A stretch of DNA of 64,000 bases from Takakia lepidozioides (Eukaryota; Plantae; Bryophyta), in contig CM060733.1 in the NCBI GenBank assembly GCA_030704615.1, forward strand, positions 16,120,001 through 16,184,000, given 5' to 3'. This document shows, one piece after another, positions 1 through 13,425 of the stretch. The notes under the pieces were generated by a model. That model saw only the letters and a list, made by a program, of their open reading frames with translations, searched no databases and was not told where the DNA came from. The translations under genes were made by a program, and so were the position numbers. Each line of letters begins with the position of its first letter. Position 1 is the first letter of the stretch.

Positions 1-56
1 CTAGTACTAGGTTTTACAACTATTAGATCGTCTTCGCTTGCCCTGCTCTTTCCATG

Positions 57-740
57 GGTACGCAGGCTCATGAGAAATCTCAGCTCGAACTCTGTCTTTT
101 TTTCCTCCTACGAATGTTGGGTAAATTGTTTTTGCAGCAAACTCAGAAGTTACAATATCTTTCTGACAAGATTGACGTTCGGATTGACAATTGACTTGTC
201 AGCTATGTGATAATCCATCTTGCTCAAATTTTCTCTCACTTTTATATCGTGGTAGGGAACTTGTCTGCTTCGTTACAAATGAAAAGATCTGATTTCAGCA
301 AGGGGCCTAGTTTGGAGCAGTTTGTCAGAAGGCTGGTGTGTTGCAGAGGATTGTGAGGAGCAAACAGCTAATCATGCTGACTATCATGTGAAAAAGGCAA
401 AAGGAAAACAGCCTTCATATGCAGAAATTTTTGCAAGCAACCATGATGCACAGTTGAAATTCAACTACCTTGTTGGCTCCTCCTTGCAGCAGGAGACTAG
501 ACATCGGTGCCAGAACAAGTTTGATCCTGTTCTACCTTCCGGGCCGAGTAACCCATTCAATTCAAAGAGCCATCTGTAAGGGAGACCTCAGAATTTCAGA
601 TACCACGCCGCTATGGACGTAGGATTACTTTACGTTCTTACCGAAAAGGGGTTGTGCTTACTCTTTGTTCTCCGAAGCGCCTTTAGAGATTGTCGGGAGG
701 TGAATCTCCAAACTGCTGGGCTTGTCAATCTTATGATCCC
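57..740. repeat. Segment with an inverted paralog at ~16806-16953, 17338-17823 and 18530-18570
   Basis: 104-580 is the reverse complement of 17338-17823, 595-740 of 16806-16953, and 57-90 of ~18530-18570, with scattered mismatches. Confidence 0.85.
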
Positions 741-1498
741 TGGAATCTGTGAGCTTTGGGCAATAAACAAATGTCCCACAATTGCAACTTCTAGAGCTGG
801 CTGCTGCTACTTGTCTGGGTGTGAATTCCAAAGCATAAGAGACAGATGACATCAAAAATATTGGTGACGGGTTCAGAAGCTTTTACAAGATTCGGGAGGG
901 TCTAGGAGGCGAAACCAGGAGAGAGTGAAAAGAATCGCATGTCGACACTCTGCATGGAGCTAGGGAAGGAACATAATCGCAGTAAGATTTCCTTTATGTA
1001 CAAATCATTCCACACATCATGGTGGAGCCTGAGGAAACAGTTTTTGTTCGGGAAATGCATGATGTGCGGGGATTGAGAGACAGTACGTGAACCCTATGTA
1101 CATCCAATAAAAATATGTGCGTGCCATTGCAGCTGCAATGGAACTGCATCTTGAAAGCACGTTACAATTGTCTTTTAATATGCCTCACCACAAAAACGTA
1201 CGCACCAAAACAACACATGTGTATTGCAATCTTGACTGCATATCTAGAACTAAGAAAAAATCAAGTTTCCTTGAAGGGAAGGGAGAAATGAAGACGAGAA
1301 CTGTACTGAGCGACAGATGGACGCTGAACTCGTTCTTCTGATAGGCTTCTCCCTGGCCTCTCCCAATTAGGTAATCCAAGCATGTCCCTGTCATGTCACC
1401 ATTTACTGTCATTCAACAGGTTTGGCTACTGTTTGCATGGTCAGCTACGCACAAAGGCCTGGCGGAAGTGAGAACACTAAAGCTCGTTTTTGATAGAT

Positions 1499-3583
1499 CT
1501 ATCTGTTTGCAAGATGGCTGTTCCAATGAACATTTTCAGGGACTTCCACTAACGGGAAGATGCGGACCAGTATTGTGAAGTCAATGATAAGGGTTAGCTC
1601 AAAAACACAAACATCTCCTTCCCCAAGGCACTGATGTAGCGCAAATTGTGCCCAATCTTGAGAGTCCAACTCCCGACTGTAAGGGTGCTCCCCTGCGCAT
1701 TGAGGATTCCACACTTTGCCAGTGCAATCGATCAGGCGCAAACGAAACTTCTTTGGTGGCATCCTCGATTCCTTGACAAATTCGAAAGGTATTTCCTGCC
1801 ATGCATACATTCATAGACAATTAAATGAATTGATCACGCGATGCGCTTCTGTTCAATCAAGATCTGATACTCTTAAAGAACCCGAATGGTGAAAAGTGAG
1901 AACCTACCAACGAAGACTTGCCGTGGACTTGAGAGTCCCTCATAATCAGCATGAAATTGGGGTTCTTGATCTGCCGTGCGTATGCCCTGCCCTCCACTAC
2001 CACAGTAGCCCTCGCATCGTCGGAATCTTCATCCCTGCTGGAAACATGCGTTGGGATGGACGTCGTCGTGTCAACATTGTGTGGAACATTATCTGGATTC
2101 GGTGATTCAATGTCGACGGTGCACTTGCACGCGGGCAAGCTTTTGGTCCAGCCGCGGCGGTGGCTTCGCCTCCCACTGAGCCATGGCCGCACCCGAGTAT
2201 GGATCCAAGGATACTCCGTAGGTGTTGGAAATATTGCCTTCCTTCGTTTGCCACACTTGTCAAACACTCGAACGGTAAAATTGGAGTGTGAAACGAGAGT
2301 GAAGACAAGCCGGTCTCCGACTTTGAAGTCGCTGTCGAATGCAAACTCTCTCCAGCGATTCGCGAAACAACATTCGCTCATATCACCTCTGGACCTTCTT
2401 CTTATATCGACCGTCCACTGCCGGCTATGTGAGCCTTCCAAGGTGACTGTTTCTGCCACCTTGTGACCGTGCGCCCTCACAAACGGAGCAGGCATCCACT
2501 GTCAGGATATCAGATAACTTCGAGAGAACCTCGGCACTGAGTCTTATCTCGAGAACTTAACTGTCATCTTTGACGGAGGCTTAGGTCTGGGTACTGATTG
2601 AACAACTAGGCAAAGGGCATTCATGAATTCCAATTAACAACGCCGCAAATTCTGGTTCTACGAAGTCAACTAAGTAGTGTGATTGCAGTGCATGTTTTAA
2701 ACATAAGATTTGGTCTGAAAACGAGTTCAAGGAAACAAAAACAAAAACAATTCATACACGTATTCATGTAAACTAGTTTGATCGGGTCTTGAGAGGAACT
2801 ACTGAACTGGGCCAGGGCAAGTAAACTTCAACTTTGATGACATCGACTGAGATATGGTTGAACTGTCTTCTCCACTCCTAGGGCCCCCTTTCCAAATTCC
2901 TGTCTTGAAGCTGCTTAGAACATTGGTTCTTGAAAGTTCTTTCGAAAACATTTCTAGTGCTCATAATTATTCCTTTCTTGTCGTTTACTGCTCTCATTCT
3001 GCTAGGCACACCGTATAGTACTGTAAATATGGAAGTACTAGTGAGAGAGTCAAAGAAGAATAGCCATTACCCTAACATGGGCTTTTGGTAGTAACTGAAA
3101 GTGTGATACTTTAGCTAGAGTTGGTATGAGGTATGTGCAATGTGGCTGGGAAGCAGAAATTGGCGACGAGTGCATACACACAGGATGCATGTTGTACAAT
3201 CATGTCAACTACGAATGACACGATCGCCACCCACAAGTGGTGTGTGCTTTGAACTAACAATCCTTTCGAAGTTTGAGCGATCAAGTAGACCGGTTTCACT
3301 CGTCGATCCGTCCAAAATGATCGGGACAACATCTTGGCACACACACGCATTATGTCAGGTGTCTGTATCCTGTTTGCATACATACCAGTCTGGGTTGGCT
3401 TGCAGTGGCCATCGAGCTTCGAGAAACCGTCTTTAGGAAGAAGGGAGACTCCTTCTTCAATATGCCCACCTTGGTTGCTTTATTAATCAACTCCTGTAGA
3501 TAACTCGTGTTGCTGAAAGCAGTGGCGCCCCATGAACCTGCCCTGCCCTTGCGACCTACACCTCTCCCTGCTCTCATCTTCAT
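1499..3583 (-). CDS. B3-domain transcription factor, REM/VRN1-like, two B3 domains (copy 1, intact); exons 3583-3386, 2498-1908, 1795-1499; ~361 aa
   Basis: GT-AG junctions join three ORFs in frame. B3 motifs: PFFLKT...WREFAFDSDFKVGDRLVFTL and PNFMLIMRDSQV...WAQFALHQCLGEGDVCVFEL. Confidence 0.88.
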
Positions 3584-5364
3584 GATCAGGACTGCAGCTT
3601 AAATCGAACTACCTCCAACTTGCGAGCTATCAAGAAAACTGGTGCTCTTTTGCTTCGACTGGGAAGGGCGAGCAATCTTTGAGACTGCTCTGATCTCGAG
3701 AGAAACTTGCCTGGTAAGGGAGAGAGAGAGAGAGATTATTGCAAGACCATCATAGAAATAAGCTGCATGCATGTACAGTCAATCTAAGGGGGATACACCT
3801 CTGTGCGAGAATTATTAGGTATTAATTCTGATTATGTGTCTAATCAACTTGAACAACATCATCCTAATCATTTCAAGCACCATCAACCAAATGCAAGTAA
3901 TTATACAAGGACCAACTTTGAGTAGTTCCAGATCATGTACTCGGATTTCTCTGGACACTAGAATTGAGGAGGGATGCCTCAAGTGCTTTGCCCAATTTGG
4001 CTTCAATTCTTTGCCTGATTAGGGTACTGTATTGGTGGCACGAATAGCTGTCTCAAATATTTGAGCCAGGCCTCATAGCTCAATGTCTGAAATTTAAGGC
4101 ACCTGGATCTCATACCAGCACATTTCAGATTTGAAACAGCCATCAATCCCTCATAGCAAGCCACATGGACCCGATGAAACCAAGATTGCTTAAAAGCTCC
4201 CACTCCTATTTGATGCACCCTTGCAAAATGGCGATGAACTTTCCATACATGTCAGAGTGCATGCAGCCAGCATGTACATGCGATATTCTGGGGTGGCATG
4301 CACACTGCAAATGTTCATGCAACAAAGTAAATCCCGTTTTTCCATGCTAATTTCTTATCCCTTATCTGTCCCGCATCATTAACATTCTAACCAGATTCCG
4401 TCTTTCTCTCTCACCTCTGGTCCCCTCCCTTCAGAACTCCAGTGACCCACATGCCTTGCCCCAAGTTTGCAAGGCCATGGATGTCCACTTTACTTTCAAT
4501 GCTGCTGCGAATGGAATTTAAATCATATCATTTTTTAATTATGCAGAGATCATGAGATGGGATATGTTCATCAGGTCACCGAACGGAAACTCTTCTATCT
4601 GTTCTGGCCACGGCCTGCACTCTGCACTCTGGTCTTACAGTGCACAGATTTACGCTCGGTCATGTCCTGCAGCACACATTGTGTAAATACTCCTTTTGGT
4701 AAAGAAAGGACACCCGCTCACCACAGGTAAGCCTGCGACTTGTGTGGGTGTGAATTCCAGACAGAGATGACAACACAAATATTGATGACGGGTTAAGAAG
4801 CTTTTACGAGGCTCGAAATCAGGAGGACGATAGACCAAAGGCGAAGCTGGAGAGGGGGAAAACAAACCATGTTCGAGACTCTGCATGGAGCTAGGGAAAG
4901 GAACCTAGAATCGTGCAGTAACCCTTCACAAATCATCCACGTCACACATCATGTTGGGGGAGGAACTCTTGTTGGGGAGATGCATGGTGTGCGGGGCTTG
5001 AGAGAGCCATGTGTACGTGAACCCTACATGCAATAACAATCTGTGGGTCCCATGGCAGCTCAATATCAACCTTATAATCTTTCGGAGGTACTTTTTGTTA
5101 TTTGAACTAACATTTGAAGAAGTGATGGTGCTCAGATAGCATGAAAAATCAGTACGGTCTACAGATCAAACACTTTTCGATTATCTTATGCCTCAACACA
5201 AGAACGCACGAACCGAAACAGTAATGTATATATTGCAACTTTAAGTATATATAGAACTAAGAAAATTTCAAGGTTCTTTGAAGGGAAGAGAGAAGTGAAG
5301 ACGATCTAACTGTACTAAGCTTGACAGATGGACGCTGAACTTCTGATACCTAGGCTTCTGCTTT

Positions 5365-7297
5365 TTAAGTGTACTCATGATCAGCTACGCAAAAAGGCCT
5401 GGCGGAAGTGAGAACACTAAAGCTCGTTTTAGGGACTTCCACTAACGGGAAGATGCGGACCAGTATTGTGAAGTCATGGGTTAGCTCAAAAACACAAACA
5501 TCTCCTTCCTCAAGGCCCTGGTGGAGTGCAAATTGTGCCCAAACTTGAGAGTCCAGATCCCGACTGTAAGGGTGCTCCCCTGCGCATTGAGGATTCCAGA
5601 CTTTTCCAGTGCAATCGATCAAGCGCATACTAAACTTCTAAGTTCGTGGCATCTTCGATTCTTTGACGAATTCGAAAGGTATTCCCTGCCATGCATGCAT
5701 GCTCAGAGACAATTTAATGAATTGATCACACAATGCGCTTCTGTTGAATCCAGATCTAAAGATGCTAAAGAACCAGGATGGTGAAAAGTGAGAACCCACC
5801 AACGAAGACTTGCCGTGGACTTGAGAGTCTCTCATAGTCAGCATGAAATTGGGGTTCTTTATCTGCCGTGCGTATGCCCTGCCCTCCACTACCACAGTAG
5901 CCCTCGCATCGTCGGAAACGTCACCCCTGTTGGAAACATGCGTTGGGAAGGACGTCATTGTGTCAACATTATGAACATTATCTGGTTTCGGTGGTGTTTT
6001 CAAGCCGGATTCAATCTCGACTGTGCACTTGCACGGTGGCAAGCTTTTGGCCCGGTCGCTGCGGCACTGGCTTCGCCTCCCACGGAGCCATGGCCGCACT
6101 CCAGTATGGATCCAAGGATACTCCCTAGGTGGTGGAATTGCCTTCCTTCGTTTGCCAAACTTGTCAAACACTCGAACAGTAAAATGAGAGTGTGAAACGA
6201 GAGTGAAGACAAGCCGGTCTCCGATTTTGAGGTCGTGGTCGAATGCAAACTCCCTCCAGCCAATCGCGAAACGCCCCACCAGGCGAGCCTTGCTCTCTCA
6301 AATGGATTTTGACGTCGACCTTCCACTGCCGGCCATGTGAGCCTTCCAAGGTGACTGTTTCTGCCACCTTGTGACCGTGCCCTCCCCAAAACGTAGCAGG
6401 CATCCACTGTAAACAAGGCCGAAAAATTATGTTTCTACGAAGTCTGCAACTAAGTCTGTGATTGCAGTACATGTTTTACATGTATAAGATTTGGTCTGAA
6501 AGCGAGTTCAATGAAAGCTCCAGTGAGGACGAAAACAATTCATACACGTATTTATGTAAACTACTTTGATCGGGTCTTGAGAGGATCTACTGAACTGGGC
6601 CAGGGAAGTGAACTTCAACTTTGATGACATCGAGATATGGTTGAACTGTCATCTCCACCTCGAGTGTACCCTTTCCAAATTCCTGTCTTCAAGCTGCTAA
6701 TGTTCAAGTTCTTTTCGAAATCTTTCCTAGTGCTCGTATTATTTCTTTCTTGTCGTTTACTGCTCTCATTCTGCTAGGTGTGAAATTTTTGCAAAGCCCA
6801 GGACACCGCAAACTACTGTAGATATGGAAGTAGTAGTCAAGAGTCAAAGAGAAATGTACGCATTACCCTAACATGGGCTTTTGGTAGTAACTAAGGATGC
6901 ATGTTGTAATCATGTCAACTGCGAATGACACGATCGCCACCCAGAAGTGGTGTGGGCTTTGAACTGATAATCCTCTCAAAGTTTGAACGGATCTGGTAGA
7001 CCTGTGGTTTCAGTGGTCGATCCCTAAGAAATGATCAGGCCAACATCTTGGCACACACACGCATTATGTCAGGTGTTTGCATCCTGTTTGCATACATACC
7101 AGTCTGGCTTGGATTGCAGTGGCCATCAAGTCTTGAGAAACCGTCTGTAGGAAGAAGGGAGACTCCTTCTTCAAAAAGCCCACCTTGGTTGCTTTCTCAA
7201 TCAACTCTTGTAGATAACTCGTGTTGCTGAAAGCAGTGGCGCCCCATGAACCTGCCCTGCCCTTGCGACCTACAACTCTCCCTGCTCTCATCTTCAT
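5365..7297 (-). pseudogene. B3/REM-like gene copy 2, pseudogene; exons ~7297-7100, 6406-5800, ~5685-5400
   Basis: Same three-exon layout as copy 1. Exon 2 switches frame near 6280-6300 (ORF 6164-6472 to ORF 5638-6279), and exon 3 has a stop/frameshift at ~5640 (MPRT*). Confidence 0.82.
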
Positions 7298-8143
7298 GAT
7301 GAGTAACTTTAAATCGAACTACCTCCAACTTACCGGTTATCAAACAAAAACTCAAAACGCTCTGCACTCTGGTGCTCTTTTGCCTCTGCCAAGCAAGCAA
7401 TCTTTGAGAGTGCCCATTATAGATTGCTCTGATCTTCAGATAAACAACCTGGCACGAGAGAGAGAGGGAGAGATTATTGCAAGACCATCATAGAAATTTG
7501 CTGCATGCATGTACAATCAATCGAAGGGATCGGTACACTTATGCACATGCTAGAATTATTAGGTAATTCTGATTACGTGTCTAATTTAACTTCAACATCA
7601 TCATCCTAATCATTTCAAGCACCATCAACCAAATGCAAGTAATTATAGAATGACCACCTCTGAGTAATTCCAGATAATGTACTCGGATTTCTCTGAACAC
7701 CAGAATTGAGGAGGGATGCCTTGCTATGCCCAATTTTCCTTCAGTTCTTTGCCAGACTCCCATCCACCTTAAATTACACCGAAAAAAAATTGATCTCGCC
7801 GAGATCAATTGCACAAACCACTGCAACTTTGCAAATCTAGGGACTCTATGGGTGGCACAATAAGCTGTCTCAAATATTTGTTCCTGACCTCATACAGCTC
7901 AATGTCTCAAATTTAAGGCACCTGGATTTCATACAAGCATATCTCAAATTTGAAACAGCCATCAATCCCGCATAGCAAGCCACATGGACCTGAAGAAACC
8001 AAGATTGTTGAAAAGCTCCAACTCCTATATTTTGATACACCCTTGAAAATTGGGAATGAACCGAGGGGCAGTTCTCAAACGTGGCTTCCCTGCTGTGTTG
8101 CAACCGATGGGGCACACACTGAATTTTGAGTGTCCTCCCAGTA

Positions 8144-8505
8144 GGGTAAAACACCCTATGACCGTTATAGTTCCTATGACCGTTCACCTCATAATTGCTT
8201 GGGTCAGGCCTGCATGAGCGACCATGGCTGGGCTGCTCATTTTTGCCACTTGGCAAACAGTTGTTTGATAGAACCCCCAAGAAATATGAGTGGTCATAGG
8301 GCTCAAACTTCACACAAGCATTCGGATTGGTCCAACATTGAATCCCCATAACTTTGTGTGGATTTCATGAAATCATGCACTTCCAAATCTGTTGGGATGC
8401 CCCTGATGTGGGGCATCTTATCAATTTATCCGGGGTAAAAACGACAAAAATTCACCGTTAGATCTTCCGCCATCTTTAGATGAACGGTCATAGGGTGTTC
8501 TACCC
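8144..8505. mobile_element. TA-flanked MITE (Tc1/mariner-like), ~360 bp
   Basis: TAGGGTAAAACACCCTATGACCGTT (8142-8166) and AACGGTCATAGGGTGTTCTACCCTA (8483-8507) form a 24/25 inverted match including the TA. Absent from the paralogous region near 4216-4270. Confidence 0.7.
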
Positions 8506-10439
8506 TAATTCGACAAAAAGGAATGATATGTCCTCTCGTGTTCGAGTGCACAGAGCCAGCATGTACATCCAATATTCTGGGGTGGCATGCACACTGCAGA
8601 TGTTCATGCAACAAATCCCGTTTTTCCATGCTAATTTCTTATCCCTTATCTCATTAACATTCTAACCAGATTCCGTGTTTCTCTCACCTCTGGTCCCAGA
8701 ACTTCAGTGACCCCACATATCCCTGCCCCAAGTTTGCAAGGCTCATGTCCACTTTACTTTCAATGCTGGTCGGAATGGAATTTATGTCATTTTGAATTAC
8801 TTTTGGAAGATCCTCTGACAAAACTCATGGCAAATGAAGTATATAGATCTTCAACCCCGTCCTGAGGCCAGCCTGGCAGAGCAACTGTTCCTGCAACCCT
8901 GCCTCTTCTGGTGTCCTGTCTTCCCCTCCCCTCGTAGGAACTGCTGCAACCCTGGGAGACAAGCCATGGAGTGCTTCCACAACTGCGCTGCAGGTCAGAG
9001 CCCCCAATGGCCGCATTCAACCGGCTCTTCACCTCAGCTACAAGCAGCTGCCCCCCTGCTCCAGTTCTCATACATTAGGAGTGTCAATAAGTGATGGACG
9101 AGGCACAGAACCCACAAAACACTTCTGCAAACATCCGTTTCCCTCTCTCTTCTCCCCCTCCCACACAAGCATGCATAAATTGGCACACAGCTGGGTTTCA
9201 CCCCATGTTGTGCCTCTTTCAATAAGCTGGGGTGGTCCATCAGCGAGAAGCAGAAAACAGCACCGTTAAAAGACCCTGTGTCTGCGACATGCAACACGAC
9301 TCTTCAGAAAAACGGACCAGGGGTCACGGAAGTACAGAGGGTGACTCACCTGAGCCAGGTTGGCACCAATTACAGACTAAGTTGCACACAAAAACATCGG
9401 AGGAGTGAACTTCGTTCCTTTTCTCGACTGTGCATCACCAGTCGCAATCCATAGCAACAGCCCTTTCATAAGGAACAGAGACACAAGTCCCCAAAGAGCA
9501 CATGAAACCACATGCAGGTGAAGGTGATCTGCCTGCACAAAAGAAGAGATCATGAGATGGGATTGTTCATCAGGTCACCAACTACTTCAACTTCAGGCAT
9601 TGGTAAGGTGTCAGCCCACCTACAATTTGCTTGTCACAGCTTTGAGGCAACAGACACAGCATACCCATTGGACGGAGCAGAAATGGTACTGTGCATTTCA
9701 GAGCTTTCCTGGAAAACTCGTCTGACCATCCTTCTGCTACAATTGTGCATGTTGCTTGTACTAGATTGTCGCAGAAGCTACCTTTGTAGAGAATAATTAC
9801 TAATTACACCAGCTGCCAGGCCTAGTGAGACATCTGCTCTTTACAACCAGCATGGCACTGCCTGTACCAACACCCAACCACTATCGTCAGGTGTTAGCTC
9901 TCAGAAACACTCCTTACAAAGAGCCAATTGCGTGACGTTTTCTCTTCCCGCCAAAGTTCAAAGTGTAAGTGTTCAGATTACAATCTGGTGTGTCTACCGG
10001 GCTTAGTCACAGAACGATCATGGGAGGCAGGGTGAAAAAAGGAAAAGACAACAAAAAAGAGACTGGGAGAGTGAGTGAAGCAAAGATACATTCTGTCATC
10101 TTGTTTCAAAAGGACCAACAACAGATCTGTGAGATAAGTTACCTGCAAGTCAACAGAGTGGCATTTAGCATTTGCAGCTGACCCCTACAACCTCGCAAGC
10201 ATCTGCACACACCAATCATATGACATCTTCCACCCTTGTTCTCTCTTTCCAACACTAGTAACAAATTCCTCGACATTACCATGTGACCAAGTACTGTTCA
10301 AGAGCCTTGGGTTCAACAAGCACGAAATTCACAATGTTACAAGCTGAAGAAGTGAAGGCTATAGACAATGAGATATCTGGGACCTCCTTCACTTCCTCGT
10401 GGTGTAAGCAGACCTCATTAGCAGCAATTATGGCAAGGT

Positions 10440-11605
10440 CCAACTAAGATTCAGGTAGTGTGCTCACGGGATGTCAATTGCTTGAACTCCTGCATCTGAG
10501 GTCAAGATGCAGGGTTTTGGACTGGCTGCAAGGCATACAGGTATGCTCCCATTCAAAGATCATAAACTTTCCCAAGATTATCTATGCATTTATGTCCAAC
10601 AAAAAAGGAAAGGCATAAAGAGATTGCAACTATTACCACTACCCGGACTGAAAGAGTAAATTTGGGTTTCTTAGTAAGAGGTTTTACCCGCGAGGACACA
10701 AAATGAGCTGGGGAACTTCATGGCCCTCACGAACAGCCAACAATTGTGGAGACACAATCTCCTGCTCCTGGATCTCTCCTACAATGGAGAACATAGTCAG
10801 GAACAGCTACAAATACGTATTTCTTGCACAGTTTGTGATTGTACAGGGCACATTTACCGGTCAATCAGGTATGAGGACCAAGACAAATGTGCAGCTGAAC
10901 TGTTCTCTTTTGCTTACAGTTTTTGTTGAGCACCCTCCCTGAGTCTGCTGTTGGTGCTCGACCGTCTATAAGCTTCCATCGGTTATCCACACGGCCATTA
11001 AGTGAGTTTCGTGTGAATTTTTTGTCAAATATCCATTGAAACGAGCAGCAATTTAGAAACCTTCTCGGGTCATCCACTGACTGAGGTTAGGTTGAGAGAT
11101 GCGGTTAACTAGCACAAGCCAGTGATCCTGTCCCGCAGTAGGACAACCAAACTAAGATTCAGGTAGTGTGCTCAGGGGATGTCAATTGATTGAACTCCTT
11201 CGTCTAAGGTCAAGATGCAGGGTTTTGGACTGGCTGCAAGGCATACAGGTATGCTCCCATTCAAAGATCATAAACTTTCCCAAAGATTATCTATGCATTT
11301 ATGTCCAGGATGATTAGTGATTGTTAGTGATTGTACAGGGCACATTTACCGGTCAATCAGGTTCAGGACCGAGACAAATGTGCAGCTGAACTGTTCTCTT
11401 TTGCTTACAGTTTTTGTTGAGCACCCTCCGTGAGTCTGCGGTTGGTGCTCGACCGTCTATAAGCTTCCCTCAGTCATCCACACGGCCCGTACGTGAGTTT
11501 CGTGTGAAATTTTGTCAAAAATCCATTGAACGAGCAGCGATTTGGAAACCTTCTCGGATCATCCACTGACTGAGGTTAGGTTGAGAAACGCGGTTAACTA
11601 ACACA
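10440..11605. repeat. Recent tandem duplication (10440-11115 and 11150-11605), second copy internally deleted
   Basis: Near-identical blocks AACTAAGATTCAGGTAGTGTGCTC... and GTGATTGTACAGGGCACATTTACC... each occur twice. Confidence 0.85.
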
Positions 11606-11754
11606 ACCAAAACGGTAGATCGAACAAAATAACTCGATAAACCAGGAAACCGTCATACAATACATCAACAGAAATACTGACGGCTGACGGCTAATGAAAA
11701 GTTCCAAGAAATGCAAACCTTGTCCAGAAAGCTGCTGTATTCGGTAAAGCCACG

Positions 11755-12110
11755 TTGCTGATGTGAACTGCTTCCACAGCTGAGCCTCTACATGACGGAA
11801 ATCAGTTTCAATGATTTAGGCCATTGTTTCAAAGCTGTATGTGGTGCGGTTGACCTAACTTGCTCCAGTTCTCTTATTCTTACACTTATCTTCTCCCTCC
11901 CATCGCTCCCTCGCACACCATCTTCTCCTCCCTTGCTGATGTGAACTGCCTCCACAGCTGAGCCTCTACACGACGGAAATCAGTTTCGAAAATTTAGGCT
12001 ATTGTTTCAAAGCTGTATGAGGTGCGGTAGACCTAACTTGCTCCAGTTCTCTTCTTCTTATGCTTATTTTCTCCCTCCCATCGCTCCATCCACACCATCT
12101 TCTCCTCCCT
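11755..12110. repeat. ~178 bp tandem duplication
   Basis: TTGCTGATGTGAACTGC.TCCACAGCTGAGCCTCTACA... starts at 11755 and at 11933. Confidence 0.85.
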
Positions 12111-13250
12111 CTCCGGTGCACCACATACCACAGGTCCATCCATATAGCATCGTGCTCCATTTCCGTATACTTACCTGCTGCCGTCTCAACGTCATCCCCT
12201 CCACGTCGCTTCCTCTGCTTCATTCAGGCAACGCCATTCTCTTCCCTGCAACAAAATCTTCTTCATCGTCCCCATCTCCTCACCGCATTTGCTGCCTTCC
12301 CTCGCGCCTCTTACACTACTCTGCACTCCTTCAGATATTTCCGGAATGCTACAGAGCGGATGAAGAAAAATGGGTTGGATGAAACTCGTGGAAGACGAGG
12401 ATGGCAGTACTTAAAGGGCGGGGTTAATGGGCGCCACACAGCGACGGACAAGCCACGTGGTGCAGGAGGGGTGGTGAGCGCAGAAACAGGTGGCAGGCTA
12501 CGCATGTGCACCGCACGCTGCACGCCCCCTTCACTATTCTTCATCCAAGTGCGTTTTATATTCACTCACGCCCACAGCTTCTCATCCATGGGGAAAGTCC
12601 TCTCGTCCGCCCAAGCCGTCATCCCGCAGCACCATCCGTCCAAAAATGTTAAGATATAAAGCGGAGGAGCGCATGGTGGGGAGCGCATGTGGTGTGCTTT
12701 ATGACAGCGCGGTCAACTGCGCGGTGCTGCTGCTGCGGTGCGTTCATGATTGGCGCTGCTGCCCGGCTCTGCTCTTTACGGCTTGTTGTTGCCGTCGCCG
12801 GCGCTTGCAGGCCGGGCTTCCTCGAGAGTATCTCTGTTGTTGTGTCCTCCTTATGCTTTCGTTTCCTTGTCTGTGATTGTGTCTGCCGATGCTGGTGCCC
12901 GTGCCCTGTGATGCGGATTTGGATGGCCGATTGGCGGAGGAGACATCAGAAGGTTTGCGATATTGATGTTTGATGTTAATTCGGGGGTTCTGAGAGCACG
13001 AGGGATGCGGTGGTGGTGCAATGAGGTGCGGAATTGTGGTTTTTGCAGGAGAATGTACATGTTTGTTTCTTGATACTTGTGGAGTAAGCGGGGTCGGGGC
13101 TACGACGTTTTAGGCTCGTTTGTCTGGCTTTTGGGGTATGAAGTTGAATTTTTGCTGCATTCAAGGTTCTCATCTGTTTCGCCGTTCTGGTTTTTAGGAC
13201 CATTGGCGGCTCGGTGGAAGGAAGGGGGGGAAGTGAGTATCGGGAACAGG

Positions 13251-13414
13251 ATGAGGTGCTGAGTTTGGAGATGAGGCCGGTGTGATGCCGCTACGTACCG
13301 ACTGATGGAGGCTTGAACGAGATTGGACTGATGCTAGGAGGAGGATTGGTGTGAAGCGTTTGGAAGTTGCGGGAGAGAGGAGGGAGATCAGGTGTTGTGT
13401 CGAGGATGGAGTAA
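13251..13414 (+). promoter_or_regulatory. Chain of six short upstream ORFs before the cyclin start codon
   Basis: ATG-stop units at 13251-13262, 13271-13285, 13285-13305, 13305-13316, 13331-13354 and 13406-13414. Two junctions are TGATG stop/start overlaps. Confidence 0.45.
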
Positions 13415-13425
13415 GAGTTTCCTGA

